Shown here one piece after another: positions 40,243 through 50,722 of a stretch of DNA of 64,000 bases (positions are counted from its first letter, which is position 1; each line of letters starts with the position of its first letter). Both the position numbers and the translations under genes were made by a program. The notes below the pieces were generated by a model. It did not search any database, was not told the DNA's origin, and worked only from the letters and a program-made list of their open reading frames with translations. Origin of the DNA: SAR86 cluster bacterium SAR86B (GTDB lineage Bacteria > Pseudomonadota > Gammaproteobacteria > Magnimaribacterales > D2472); contig CAJJCW010000001.1 of the NCBI GenBank assembly GCA_905182885.1, positions 439,256 to 503,255 of the forward strand. The letters are read 5' to 3'.

Positions 40243-41584
40243 GTTTTTTTAAGAACTCATTTTCTAAGTAATTTATAGTGTGTTTATTATTAATAAAAAC
40301 CTCATCACGTAAAAGCTTTTGATGAAGAGAGTGATTTGTTTTTATGCCTTCAATAAAAAACTCATCTAATGCACTAAGCATTCTTTTTATTGCTGACTCT
40401 CTGGAATTTGCTTGCGTAATTATTTTAGCTAACAAAGAATCATAGTAAGGTGGAACTATATAACCACCATATATGTGAGAGTCATACCTTACTCCAAACC
40501 CACCAGGAGTATGCATTTTTGTAATAGTTCCAGGTGATGGTTGAAATGTCTCTGGATCTTCTGCATTAATTCTGCATTCTAAAGCATGGCCTTTAAAATT
40601 TATTCTGCTCTGATCAATTTCAAATTTCATGCCCAACGCAATTCTCATTTGAGCTTTGACTATGTCAAATCCAGTAATCATTTCTGTTACAGGATGCTCA
40701 ACCTGAATTCTTGTATTCATTTCAATAAAATAAAAATTATCATTCTCATATAAAAATTCTAATGTCCCGGCACCTTCATAATTGATACTTTCACAAAGCT
40801 TTATACATGCAGAAAATATCTTTTCTAAAGCAACTTCATTTAAATTTAATGCCGGAGCCTCTTCTATAATTTTTTGATGCCTTCTTTGCATGCTGCAATC
40901 TCTAGTTCCAAGATGAATTGCTTTTCCTTTTCCATCTCCCACTACCTGCACTTCAACATGTCTAGGATTGGCAATAAATTTCTCTAAATATATTGTTTCA
41001 TTGCCAAATGCATTTTTAGCTTCTTGCATTGTAATTTGGGCTAGGGTTATTAAGTCCTCTTCTTTTTCGACAACCCTCATTCCTCTTCCACCGCCACCAG
41101 CTGTAGCTTTTATCATTATTGGATAGCCCACATCCCTAGCAACTGCTTTAAATTTTTCTGGATCCTCTGGTATTTCATCTTTATATCCAGGGACTGTCTG
41201 AATACCTGCTTTCTCCGCTAATGTTTTAGCAGTAATCTTATCTCCCATTTTTCTAATTGTTTTGGCATCCGGCCCTATAAATTTAAAACCACTCTTCTGG
41301 CACATCTCAGCAAAATCTGGATCTTCAGCAAGGAAACCATAGCCTGGGTATATTGCATCTACCTGGGTTAGCTCTGCTGCAGAGAGGATTGAAGGGATAT
41401 TAAGATAGCTTTCTAGAGGAGATGTTGGGCCAATGCAAACTGTTTCATCAGAGAACCTAAGATGTTTTAAGTCTTTATCACCCTCTGAATATACTGAAAC
41501 TGTAGATATTCCTAGCTCTTTGCACGCTCTTATGGCGCGTAGGGCAATTTCTCCTCTGTTAGCAATAAGAACTTTAAATGACAT
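40232..41584 (-). CDS. accC: Acetyl-CoA carboxylase, biotin carboxylase subunit
   Basis: 450 aa. The N-terminal [23 protein letters not shown], an ATP-grasp fold and [14 protein letters not shown] are present. Confidence 0.95.
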   Translation of the reverse strand: MSFKVLIANRGEIALRAIRACKELGISTVSVYSEGDKDLKHLRFSDETVCIGPTSPLESYLNIPSILSAAELTQVDAIYPGYGFLAEDPDFAEMCQKSGFKFIGPDAKTIRKMGDKITAKTLAEKAGIQTVPGYKDEIPEDPEKFKAVARDVGYPIMIKATAGGGGRGMRVVEKEEDLITLAQITMQEAKNAFGNETIYLEKFIANPRHVEVQVVGDGKGKAIHLGTRDCSMQRRHQKIIEEAPALNLNEVALEKIFSACIKLCESINYEGAGTLEFLYENDNFYFIEMNTRIQVEHPVTEMITGFDIVKAQMRIALGMKFEIDQSRINFKGHALECRINAEDPETFQPSPGTITKMHTPGGFGVRYDSHIYGGYIVPPYYDSLLAKIITQANSRESAIKRMLSALDEFFIEGIKTNHSLHQKLLRDEVFINNKHTINYLENEFLKKHES

Positions 41585-41585
41585 T

Positions 41586-42026
41586 TTAATTTATGGTAAT
41601 AATTCTTTGACCAAACTCAACTGGCTCACCATCTTCAACATCAATCGACAATATCTTTCCACTAATGTCTGATTTAATCTCGTTCATCATTTTCATTGCT
41701 TCGATGATACATAGAACATCTCCCACTTCTATTGAATCACCAACTTTTATAAATGGGTCTTTATCTGGGCTTGGCTTTCTGTAAAATGTTCCAACAATAG
41801 GCGATTTAATTGCTGAGCCTACTTCTAATTTTTTTTCTTCAACCTTGTCGATTAAAACATCAGCAGGCTGAACTAATTGTGTTTGCATGCCTGAGCTAAC
41901 AGGATTATTTTCATTATGTCCGCCTCTGAGAATTCTTACCGATTCATCACCCTGACTTACTTCAATTTCTTTTAGATCAGATTCTTGAAGCATTTCAATT
42001 AATTTTTTAATTTTTCTTATGTCCAC
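41586..42026 (-). CDS. accB: Acetyl-CoA carboxylase, biotin carboxyl carrier protein
   Basis: 146 aa with the biotinylation motif IIEAMKMMNEI. Confidence 0.9.
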   Translation of the reverse strand: MDIRKIKKLIEMLQESDLKEIEVSQGDESVRILRGGHNENNPVSSGMQTQLVQPADVLIDKVEEKKLEVGSAIKSPIVGTFYRKPSPDKDPFIKVGDSIEVGDVLCIIEAMKMMNEIKSDISGKILSIDVEDGEPVEFGQRIITIN

Positions 42027-42467
42027 TTAAACTCCTTTAAATTTTAAAATTGCTTCATTAAGCGCTTGCTCATAACCCTTAATACCTAAGCCACAATAAA
42101 CTTTTTCTGCCACATCAGATAGGTACGAGAAATGCCTAAACTCTTCCCTGGAGTAAATATCCGAGATATGTACCTCGTAAAAGGGAATGGCAACTCCAAG
42201 CAGGGCATCCCTAATTGCAATACTTGTATGGGTAAAAGCAGCAGGATTTATAATAATAGCATCAACCTCATTGTCTTGAGCTTGATGTATTGCATTAACT
42301 AATTCATGTTCAGCATTTGTCTGTAGATGGCTTAATTGGCAGTTCTGACTCGCAGCAATCTCTTTAAGATTTAATTCAATTTCGGAAAGGGAAGTGCTGC
42401 CGTAAAGTTCTGGCTCTCTCTTTCCTAAGAGGTTTAAATTTGGTCCATTGAGTAATAATATATTCAT
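42027..42467 (-). CDS. aroQ: 3-dehydroquinate dehydratase, type II
   Basis: 146 aa with [37 protein letters not shown] and [12 protein letters not shown]. Confidence 0.9.
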   Translation of the reverse strand: MNILLLNGPNLNLLGKREPELYGSTSLSEIELNLKEIAASQNCQLSHLQTNAEHELVNAIHQAQDNEVDAIIINPAAFTHTSIAIRDALLGVAIPFYEVHISDIYSREEFRHFSYLSDVAEKVYCGLGIKGYEQALNEAILKFKGV

Positions 42468-42499
42468 ATTTAAGTGATTTTAACAGAAATTTATAGAAT

Positions 42500-42928
42500 T
42501 TAGAGGATTTTATTGATTATTATTTCTTTTTGTACTGGGTAGCAAAACCCATCTTCTGAGCATCCTTGGTAGTATATCAACAACTCAGAAGAATTAGATA
42601 TATCGGACTTATTTATAATTAAGGTAAGTTTTTTCTTTAAAATTTCAGTTTTTCCAAAGAATTCATCTTCAAATAATGATTGATGAGATTCAACGATTTC
42701 AAAAGGAATATTATTGGTAATATCTTTCAGCTTAATACTATCAAGATACATGTAGTAACCATCTTTAATGTTCCAGGATATGTAAATGCCTTTAGATGCC
42801 TGCCCCTTACTTATAACAAAAACATCTTTTGCTAAAGGGACGCTTTCTTGCTCATCGAAAAGGACTGAAGCATGAGATGGCATAATTAAACTGTATGATG
42901 TTAGGATTATTGATAAAATTTTCTTCAT
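42500..42928 (-). CDS. Stand-alone DsbD N-terminal (alpha) domain-like periplasmic protein
   Basis: 142 aa with a signal peptide. The C-terminal YYQGCSEDGFCYPV matches the nDsbD redox Cys pair context. Its position upstream of aroQ-accBC is where full-length dsbD sits in many gammaproteobacteria. No TM or thioredoxin-like domains follow. Confidence 0.6.
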   Translation of the reverse strand: MKKILSIILTSYSLIMPSHASVLFDEQESVPLAKDVFVISKGQASKGIYISWNIKDGYYMYLDSIKLKDITNNIPFEIVESHQSLFEDEFFGKTEILKKKLTLIINKSDISNSSELLIYYQGCSEDGFCYPVQKEIIINKIL

Positions 42929-42994
42929 TGCCTGTAGAGAATAGTCTTGGAGGCTGCTAAAGGGAAGAATTTTTTTAATAACAGATTAAAGTGA

Positions 42995-44011
42995 GTGCAA
43001 ATGTTTCGAATACTTTTATTAAATATATTTTTCTCTATGCCTGTATGGCTTCTGAAATTAATCTATTTAAAAAGAAGAACCCCGATTAGAGGCCGCCTTG
43101 TTGATTTTCAATCCTCGGTAATTTTAGATTTAATGCCAAAGGCAGAATTACATAAAGTTTCTGACGGCTCAATTCAAAGTGTTAGAGATTCAATCGCCAA
43201 GCAAAGATTAAAATATAGGCTTTCCCTAAAACCAAAGAATAAGGTTATAAAAAAAGATCACTTTATTACAGATAGAGAAAACCTTCTCCTAAGAGAATAC
43301 ATTCCTAAAAATATTGAGAAAAATAAGGTTGTATTATTTTTTCATGGTGGCGGGTATGTTCTTTCATCAGTCCAAACTCATGATGAAATGGTTTCTTTTA
43401 TCTCAGATAATTTGGGAGCTAAGGTTTTCTCCTTAGATTACAGTCTCGCACCAGAAAATAAATACCCATCTGCATTGAATGAGGCGCTATTTGCCTATGA
43501 GTGGCTTATTTCAAATGGGTATGACTCTGAAGAAATTAGTTTATGTGGAGATAGCGCGGGAGCTCATCTTGCAGCCTCATTAACACATTACTTGATAGCA
43601 AATAACCACTCTAAACCACAAAGTCAGCTACTAATTTATCCCATGTGTGATCCATCATGCTCCTCTGAGTCACATACTCTATTTGAAGAAAATTATCTTT
43701 TAACCAAAAAGGCAATGATCTGGTTTTGGGATAAATTAATTAATTCAAAAGATAATATAGATGATGGGTATTTAAATTTAATGAAAGTTAATTTAGAAAA
43801 TAAGCTTCCAAAAACTATAATTGTTACAGCAGGGTTTGATCCCCTGAGTGACGAAGCCGAAAAATATGCATATTTATTGCATGAAAAAGGCAACAATGTG
43901 AAACAATTACATTATCCATCTATGTTCCATGGCTTTGCCTCAATGACTAGATTAAACTCAGCAAAAATAGCTGTGGTAGATTTTTTAACAGAATATAAAA
44001 AAATATTATGA
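42995..44011 (+). CDS. Alpha/beta-hydrolase esterase/lipase, HSL family (family IV)
   Basis: 338 aa with the oxyanion-hole HGGG (FFHGGGYV) and nucleophile elbow GDSAG. It has an N-terminal hydrophobic anchor or signal. Confidence 0.8.
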   Translation: MQMFRILLLNIFFSMPVWLLKLIYLKRRTPIRGRLVDFQSSVILDLMPKAELHKVSDGSIQSVRDSIAKQRLKYRLSLKPKNKVIKKDHFITDRENLLLREYIPKNIEKNKVVLFFHGGGYVLSSVQTHDEMVSFISDNLGAKVFSLDYSLAPENKYPSALNEALFAYEWLISNGYDSEEISLCGDSAGAHLAASLTHYLIANNHSKPQSQLLIYPMCDPSCSSESHTLFEENYLLTKKAMIWFWDKLINSKDNIDDGYLNLMKVNLENKLPKTIIVTAGFDPLSDEAEKYAYLLHEKGNNVKQLHYPSMFHGFASMTRLNSAKIAVVDFLTEYKKIL

Positions 44012-45607
44012 GTAAGATTTTAGAAATAAATAATTTAAGCATTAATTTTGCAACTAGAGATGGCTCTTTTACAGCTGTAAATAATATTAGTTTTGACATT
44101 GAGAAGAACCAAACAATGGCATTAGTCGGCGAGTCTGGTTCTGGTAAGTCAGTAACGGCTATGTCCATACTTCAACTTCTTCCTAAACCTCAGGCGACCT
44201 ATTCACAAGAGTCCTCTATAAAATTTAATAATAAAGAAATAATTGATGCTGCAAAAGAAGATCTTCTTTCTATAAGAGGCAATATTGTTTCTATGATTTT
44301 TCAAGAACCAATGACCTCTTTAAACCCCTATCACCGAGTTGGTAATCAGATAACTGAATCAATTTTACTTCACTCCAATGTTTCAAAAAAAGAAGCTATA
44401 AAAGAAGCTATGGACCTTATGAGTCTTGTTGAGATAGATGATGTTAGCAGAAGGTTTTATTCTTACCCACATGAACTTTCAGGCGGACAAAGACAAAGAA
44501 TAATGATAGCTATGGCGCTGGTCAATAAGCCAGAACTGTTAATCGCAGATGAGCCTACAACAGCTCTAGATGTAACAATACAGGCACAAATACTTGACCT
44601 AATGGGCAAGCTTAAGACAGAGCTCGGCATGTCAATTTTATTTATTACTCATGATTTAGGTCTGGTCCAAGAATTTTCAGATCAAGTCTGTGTTATGAAA
44701 AATGGTGAAATTGTAGAGCAGGGTGACACGAATGAAGTTTTTACAAACCCCTCCCATGCTTATACTAAAAAACTTCTTGATGCAGAGCCTCAACCAAAAC
44801 CAATTGAGGATTTAAGATAGCAATCCAGTTATTGAAATTAATAACCTTAATGTTTTTTACAACACACCTTCAGCCAATCCCTTTAAAAAAGAAAGGTTTC
44901 ATGCTGTTAAAGATATTTCTTTAAATATATATAAAAATACTACAATAGGATTGGTAGGCGAATCTGGTTCTGGAAAATCTACCCTTGGTAGGGCCATTGC
45001 TAGTTTGATACCTTACGAGGGAGATATATCTTATGAAGGTAAGAATCTTAAATCGAACTCCTCTAAAGAAGCAAAAGATCTAAAAAAGCACGTTCAGATT
45101 GTGTTTCAAGACCCTTACGGATCGCTATCTCCTAGGATGACTATTGGTGAAATAGTTGGTGAAGGACTGGGTGTACATTTTAAGCTTACAAGCAATGAAA
45201 GAGACCAGAGAATAGATAAAGTATTATCTGATGTCGGGATTGAGTCATCAGCAAAAAATAAATATCCACATGAGTTCTCGGGTGGGCAGAGGCAGAGGGT
45301 GGCTATTGCCAGATCTCTGATAATGAATCCAGCATTTATGATCCTTGATGAACCAACATCTGCCCTTGATAGGTCTATACAAATACAGGTTATAGACCTT
45401 CTTAAAGATATCCAAAATGAATACGGGCTTACCTATTTATTTATAAGTCATGATTTAAAAGTTATTAGATCAATGTCAGACTTTATATTCGTTATGAAGG
45501 ATGGGATGATTGTCGAATCTGGCTTATCTCATCAGGTATTTGATAATCCAAAAGAAGAATATACTAAAAAATTACTTTCCGCTGCGTTAAGATACGCATC
45601 CAATTAA
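44008..45607 (+). CDS. Duplicated-ATPase ABC protein (YejF / oligopeptide-type DppD-DppF fusion), split by a frameshift
   Basis: There are two Walker A motifs (both GESGSGKS) and two signatures (LSGGQRQR, FSGGQRQR). The second-domain frame is open from 44816 (DSNPVIEINNLNVFY...), so the shift lies at ~44811-44818. The track shows 44008-44820 and 44951-45607. Confidence 0.8.
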
Positions 45608-45622
45608 TATTACGATAACCAT

Positions 45623-47284
45623 ATGACTTCAAGAAAATATTCAAAAGAGTTAGTAGATGGGCCCAATCAAGCAGCTTCCAGATCTATGCTAAGGGGCGTT
45701 GGTTTCACATCTGAGGATTTTACTAAACCATTTGTTGGTATAGCATCAACCGGAGCAAAAGTTACGCCATGTAATATGCATATTAATCAGCTTGCAGAGG
45801 TGGTTGAAAAGTCAGTGGACACATCTGGGGGTAAGGGCGTTCTATTTAATACCATTACTGTATCAGACGGCATATCAATGGGTACCCAGGGTATGAAATA
45901 TTCACTTGTATCTAGAGAGGTTATTGCAGATTCTATAGAGACAGTTGTAGGCTGTTTAGGATATGACGGCCTTATTGCAATTGGCGGATGTGATAAAAAC
46001 ATGCCAGGTTGTGTAATTGGTATGGCAAGACTTAATAGGCCTTCCATATTTATATATGGCGGATCAATCAGGCCAAGCGAAGAAAATACAGATTACGTAA
46101 CAGTCTGTGAAAAAACAGGTGAATTTTCTAAAGGCGATTTACCAGAAGCAGAGTTAATACATGTTGAAAAGATTTCAGTTAAAGGTCCAGGATCATGCGG
46201 TGGGATGTATACAGCCAATACAATGGCTTCAGCTATTGAAGCACTAGGAATGAGTTTACCGGGAAGCAGTAGTCAGGATGCCGTTTCAGATGATAAACAG
46301 AATGACTGTAAAGAAGCGGGCCTTGCGATAATAAATCTCTTAGATAAGGATATTAAACCTTCAGACATTATGACTAAAAAGGCATTTGAAAATGCTATTA
46401 CGGTTGTTATTTCTCTTGGCGGATCAACTAATGCAGTTCTTCATATGCTCGCAATGGCTTATGCCATAGGAGTAGATCTTCACCTTGATGATTTTACAAG
46501 GATTGGAAAGAAAACACCGGTTATGGCTGATCTCAAACCATTTGGATCTCATTACATGTCAGAACTAAATGCTAATGGAGGCATCCAACCCCTAATGAAA
46601 ATGTTGCTTAAAAAAGGCCTTCTCCATGGAGATTGCTTAACGGTAACAGGAAAAACACTTGCTGAAAATCTTGAAAGCGTTCAGCCTTATAACGATAAAC
46701 AACAGATTATTAAAAGCTTTGAAAACCCCATTAAAGAGAATAGCCATTTAAGAATTCTTTATGGAAATTTAGCCAAAGAAGGGGCTGTAGCAAAAATTAC
46801 AGGCAAGGAAGGAACATCCTTTGAGGGAATAGCTAGAGTATTTAATTCAGAAGAGGATGGAGTGGAAGCCATATTGGCTAAATCTATAAAACCAGGAGAT
46901 GTTGTTGTTATTAGATACGAAGGGCCAAAGGGCGGTCCTGGTATGAGAGAAATGCTAAAGCCAACATCAGCAATTATGGGACAAGGTTTGGGAAACAGTG
47001 TTGCATTTATAACCGATGGAAGGTTCTCTGGAGGAACTCATGGTTTTGTTGTTGGACACATAACCCCAGAGGCTGCAGATGGTGGTTTGATAGCAATAGT
47101 CGAAGATGGAGATACTATTTTAATAGATGCTGAAAATGATCAATTACTTTTAAAAGTCTCAGAAGATGAAATTGCGCATAGAATATCAAAATGGGTAAAC
47201 CTTACGAAAACCCCAGAGAAAGGTGTTTTATCAAAATTTGCTAAAAGTGTAAAATCCGCTAGCCTTGGAGCAGTAACAGACTAA
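45623..47284 (+). CDS. ilvD: Dihydroxy-acid dehydratase
   Basis: 553 aa with CNMHI, CDKNMPG and GGSTN motifs. It is co-linear with the short-form IlvD. Confidence 0.95.
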   Translation: MTSRKYSKELVDGPNQAASRSMLRGVGFTSEDFTKPFVGIASTGAKVTPCNMHINQLAEVVEKSVDTSGGKGVLFNTITVSDGISMGTQGMKYSLVSREVIADSIETVVGCLGYDGLIAIGGCDKNMPGCVIGMARLNRPSIFIYGGSIRPSEENTDYVTVCEKTGEFSKGDLPEAELIHVEKISVKGPGSCGGMYTANTMASAIEALGMSLPGSSSQDAVSDDKQNDCKEAGLAIINLLDKDIKPSDIMTKKAFENAITVVISLGGSTNAVLHMLAMAYAIGVDLHLDDFTRIGKKTPVMADLKPFGSHYMSELNANGGIQPLMKMLLKKGLLHGDCLTVTGKTLAENLESVQPYNDKQQIIKSFENPIKENSHLRILYGNLAKEGAVAKITGKEGTSFEGIARVFNSEEDGVEAILAKSIKPGDVVVIRYEGPKGGPGMREMLKPTSAIMGQGLGNSVAFITDGRFSGGTHGFVVGHITPEAADGGLIAIVEDGDTILIDAENDQLLLKVSEDEIAHRISKWVNLTKTPEKGVLSKFAKSVKSASLGAVTD

Positions 47285-47288
47285 ACCT

Positions 47289-48287
47289 ATGTTTATAAAT
47301 AGAAAATTTCCAAATACCAGACTTAGAAGACTTAGGTCTAGTTCTAATATATTAGATCTAGTTTCTGAGAAAAGATTGTCATCGGATGACTTAATCCAAC
47401 CAGTATTTATTAAAGAGGACATTGATGGGACGGAAGAGATTGAATCCATGCCAGGAATATTAAGGTACGGAAAGAGTTCAATCTTAAGAGAAGTAGAAAG
47501 CATTGTGAGATCTGGAGTTAAAACTATAGCTCTATTTCCGGTTGTTAATAGTTCAAAAAAGGATTCAAAAGGTAGCGAAGCTACTAATAAAAATAATTTA
47601 ATGTGCGAGTCAGTAAGGCTTATAAAAGAGAACTTTCCGGAAGTAATTATAATAGCTGATGTGGCTCTTGATCCTTATACAGATCATGGGCACGATGGCA
47701 TTATCAAAAATAATTATGTTGATAATGACCTAACGCTAGACATTTTAAGATCTCAATCTTTAGTTCTAGCTGAAGCTGGCGCAGATATCATAGCTCCCTC
47801 CGACATGATGGATGGAAGAATTGGTGCAATTAGAGAGGCCTTGGAGGATTCAGATTATAAAAATACTATTTTACTTTCCTATGCTGCTAAATATAATTCA
47901 AAATTCTATGGACCTTTTAGAGATGCAGTAAATTCTGCCTCTAATTTAGGAACTTCGTCTAAATCTTCCTATCAAATGTCTCCTTACAATAGCGATGAAG
48001 CACTTCATGAAGTTGCGATGGATATAAATGAAGGAGCAGACATAGTAATGGTAAAACCAGGTATGCCTTATTTAGATATAGTTTCTTTAATTAAAAGTAC
48101 CTTCAAGATTCCTACTTTTGCCTATCAGGTTAGCGGTGAATATAGCATGCTAAAACTAGCCATTGCCAAGGGGTGGCTTGATAATGAGGTTATGCTAGAA
48201 TCGCTAATAAGTTTTAAAAGAGCTGGAGCAGATGCAATTCTGACTTACTCAGCAAAAGAAATTTCCATGGAGATAAATAAAAAATGA
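47289..48287 (+). CDS. hemB: Porphobilinogen synthase (delta-aminolevulinate dehydratase)
   Basis: 332 aa. The N-terminal RLRRLR, the aspartate-rich metal site DVALDPYTDHGHDG (Mg type) and the active-site Lys region VKPG are present. Confidence 0.95.
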   Translation: MFINRKFPNTRLRRLRSSSNILDLVSEKRLSSDDLIQPVFIKEDIDGTEEIESMPGILRYGKSSILREVESIVRSGVKTIALFPVVNSSKKDSKGSEATNKNNLMCESVRLIKENFPEVIIIADVALDPYTDHGHDGIIKNNYVDNDLTLDILRSQSLVLAEAGADIIAPSDMMDGRIGAIREALEDSDYKNTILLSYAAKYNSKFYGPFRDAVNSASNLGTSSKSSYQMSPYNSDEALHEVAMDINEGADIVMVKPGMPYLDIVSLIKSTFKIPTFAYQVSGEYSMLKLAIAKGWLDNEVMLESLISFKRAGADAILTYSAKEISMEINKK

Positions 48288-48610
48288 GCAATGTAATTGA
48301 AATACATGATGAAGAAAATTTTACCAATAATGTTCTAAATTCTGAAACACCGGTTTTAGTAGATTTTTGGGCTGAGTGGTGTGGACCATGTAAGCAATTA
48401 ACACCAACTGTAGAGGAAGTTGCTGCTGAAAACGAAGGTAAAATAAAAGTATTTAAAATGGATGTTGATGCTAATAGAGAAACAGCTGCAAGATATGGAG
48501 TTAGATCTATACCAACTTTAATAATATTTAAAAATGGAGAGCCAGTAGGCACCGAAATAGGAGCTCTTAGCAAACAACAGCTCGAGGATTTTATTAATAC
48601 AGCTATATAA
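48284..48610 (+). CDS. trxA: Thioredoxin
   Basis: 108 aa with the WCGPC active site. Confidence 0.95.
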   Translation: MSNVIEIHDEENFTNNVLNSETPVLVDFWAEWCGPCKQLTPTVEEVAAENEGKIKVFKMDVDANRETAARYGVRSIPTLIIFKNGEPVGTEIGALSKQQLEDFINTAI

Positions 48611-48728
48611 ATTTGCCCACAAACTTTGCATCTTTAGCTAAAAAGGAATATCATTTTTACATCTAGGCCCTGCGGCCACCATCTAACCACTCTTTTTCTC
48701 ATAAAAAAATAGCACTGGAACTACCTAC

Positions 48729-50006
48729 ATGAATCTCACTGAAATTAAAATCAAGCCAATAAGCGAACTTGTTGAAATAGCAACTGAATTGGGGCTAGAA
48801 GATGTTGGCAGACTTAAAAAACAAGAAATAATATTTAAAATTTTTAAACATAAAGCATCTGAAGGTGTTGAGATATTTGGTGGCGGAGTATTAGAGATTT
48901 TGAATGATGGTTTTGGTTTCTTACGTTCACCAGAAGGTTCTTACTGTGCCGGAGAAGATGATATTTACGTATCACCAAATCAGATAAGAAAATTTAGTTT
49001 AAGAAAAGGTGACACTGTTGCCGGTAAAATTAGAACACCTAAAGAAAAAGAAAGGTATTTTGCTTTAATCCAGGTTGATACCATTAATGGCGAAGATCCA
49101 TCTAAAACAAAAAATAAGATTCTTTTTGAAAACTTAACTCCATTATTTCCTAATGAAAGATTAATACTTGAACAAGGTTCAGGTTCTAAAGAAGACCTTT
49201 CTTCAAGAATAATTGATTTAATAGCTCCAATTGGAAAAGGCCAGCGTGGCTTAATAGTATCTCCACCTAAAGCAGGTAAGACACTCATGCTTCAAAGTAT
49301 TGCTCACTCAATAAAAAGCAACAATCCTGAGGTAGAGCTAATTGTTTTACTAATCGATGAAAGGCCTGAAGAAGTTACAGAGATGTCTAGAACAGTTAAG
49401 GGAGAAGTTGTAGCTAGTACCTTCGATGAGCCGCCTACTAGGCATGTCCAAGTAGCTAATATGGTTATTGAAAAAGCAAAAAGGCTCGTGGAGCATAAGA
49501 AAGATGTAGTAATTTTATTAGATTCAATTACTCGTTTAGGAAGAGCTTACAACTCAGTCCAACCATCATCAGGGAAGATATTAAGTGGTGGAGTTGACTC
49601 AAATGCTCTTGAAAGACCTAAAAGATTCTTTGGTGCTGCTAGAAACCTGGAAGAAGGTGGAAGTTTAACAATTATAGCTACTGCTCTTGTAGATACCGGT
49701 TCTAAGATGGACGAGGTTATTTATGAAGAATTTAAAGGCACGGGAAACATGGAAATTCATCTTGAAAGAAAGATAGCTGAAAAAAGAATCTATCCAGCCA
49801 TCAATATAAGAAGGTCTGGAACTCGAAGAGAGGACTTGCTAACAGCCGAAGATGAGCTTCAAAGAATGTGGGTTCTTAGAAAAATTCTTGATGATATGGA
49901 AGATGCGCAATCAATACAGTTCTTGATTGACAGACTAAAGTCATTTAAAACAAATGATGAGTTCTTTACTTCAATGAAAGGTGGAGCTTCTAAGAAGACT
50001 AAATAA
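48729..50006 (+). CDS. rho: Transcription termination factor Rho
   Basis: 425 aa. It has the N-terminal Rho_N domain, a CSD-like RNA-binding domain (FGFLR) and a RecA-type ATPase (PPKAGKT). Confidence 0.97.
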   Translation: MNLTEIKIKPISELVEIATELGLEDVGRLKKQEIIFKIFKHKASEGVEIFGGGVLEILNDGFGFLRSPEGSYCAGEDDIYVSPNQIRKFSLRKGDTVAGKIRTPKEKERYFALIQVDTINGEDPSKTKNKILFENLTPLFPNERLILEQGSGSKEDLSSRIIDLIAPIGKGQRGLIVSPPKAGKTLMLQSIAHSIKSNNPEVELIVLLIDERPEEVTEMSRTVKGEVVASTFDEPPTRHVQVANMVIEKAKRLVEHKKDVVILLDSITRLGRAYNSVQPSSGKILSGGVDSNALERPKRFFGAARNLEEGGSLTIIATALVDTGSKMDEVIYEEFKGTGNMEIHLERKIAEKRIYPAINIRRSGTRREDLLTAEDELQRMWVLRKILDDMEDAQSIQFLIDRLKSFKTNDEFFTSMKGGASKKTK

Positions 50007-50722
50007 ATTCTTTAGCTTTCTTTAGCATTGATTCGTCGGAAGGGCTCTCAGCTACATCGATATTCATATCTAAAACTTCATTACCAAAATTTTTTCTTAT
50101 CTTGTCTTTAATTCTTTGAGAGGAAACAATAAATATTTTTTCTAAAAGAGTTTTGCGGTCAATAGCTTTGTGTATAAAAGAGAAGGTTAAGTAGTTATAT
50201 ATCAAAACTATTTTTGGCCCCTGATTTACACTAGCAACCTCAAAATCTGAATAAATCAGATCATAGCAAGCAATCTCATCAATATTATTTTTAAGGATTT
50301 TCTGTAAAGTTCTATTTGAGTTGGTGCCGCAGAATAATAAATTTCTACCTGGATATTCTTTCAAGTATTAGTTCCGCTAGAAACTCAGATGATGGCTGAT
50401 TGGGTAATATAGAACTCATTCCCTTGTCTTCAATAATTTTTTTTGTTGCTAGGCCAATAGAAAATATATTTGATTGTATTTTTTTAAGATCAATTTTAGT
50501 TTTTAAAATCTCTAGACCATAAGAAGCGGATGCCTGGCTCGTAAAAATAATATTGCTATATGATTGAAGGGATTCTAGCTTTGTTCTCCAGCTCTCAATA
50601 ACTTCTTTGCTTGATACAGGCGTAATTTTTGATAGATGAAGATTGGTTAAATCTATTTTTTCCTTGGCACAAAGAGCATTTATATTTTGTGATAGATTTT
50701 TTGGCCTAGTATTAATTATCAC
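49999..50722 (-). CDS. hemD: Uroporphyrinogen-III synthase, split by a frameshift
   Basis: ORFs 50345-50722 and 49999-50364 are the N- and C-halves of a HemD-like protein downstream of hemC (..[11 protein letters not shown]|..[17 protein letters not shown]..). The shift lies at ~50350-50362. Sequence conservation is low, as usual for HemD. Confidence 0.7.

Noticed and set aside
48611-48728. The rho leader as an autoregulatory attenuator (C-rich, G-poor stretch CCACCATCTAACCACTC)
   Set aside because: Rho autoregulation via leader rut sites is established in E. coli, but the stretch here is short. I cannot show a rut-like C>G skew or a termination point by eye, so it is not reported as a feature.
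3479-50722. Reading the split genes as true pseudogenes (reductive decay) or as programmed frameshifting
   Set aside because: Essential leuS and mrdA are among them. Shift directions are mixed (+1 and -1). No shared slippery heptamer or stimulatory structure is apparent, and several sites are simple A/T runs. Sequence error is the economical explanation, pending read-level checks.
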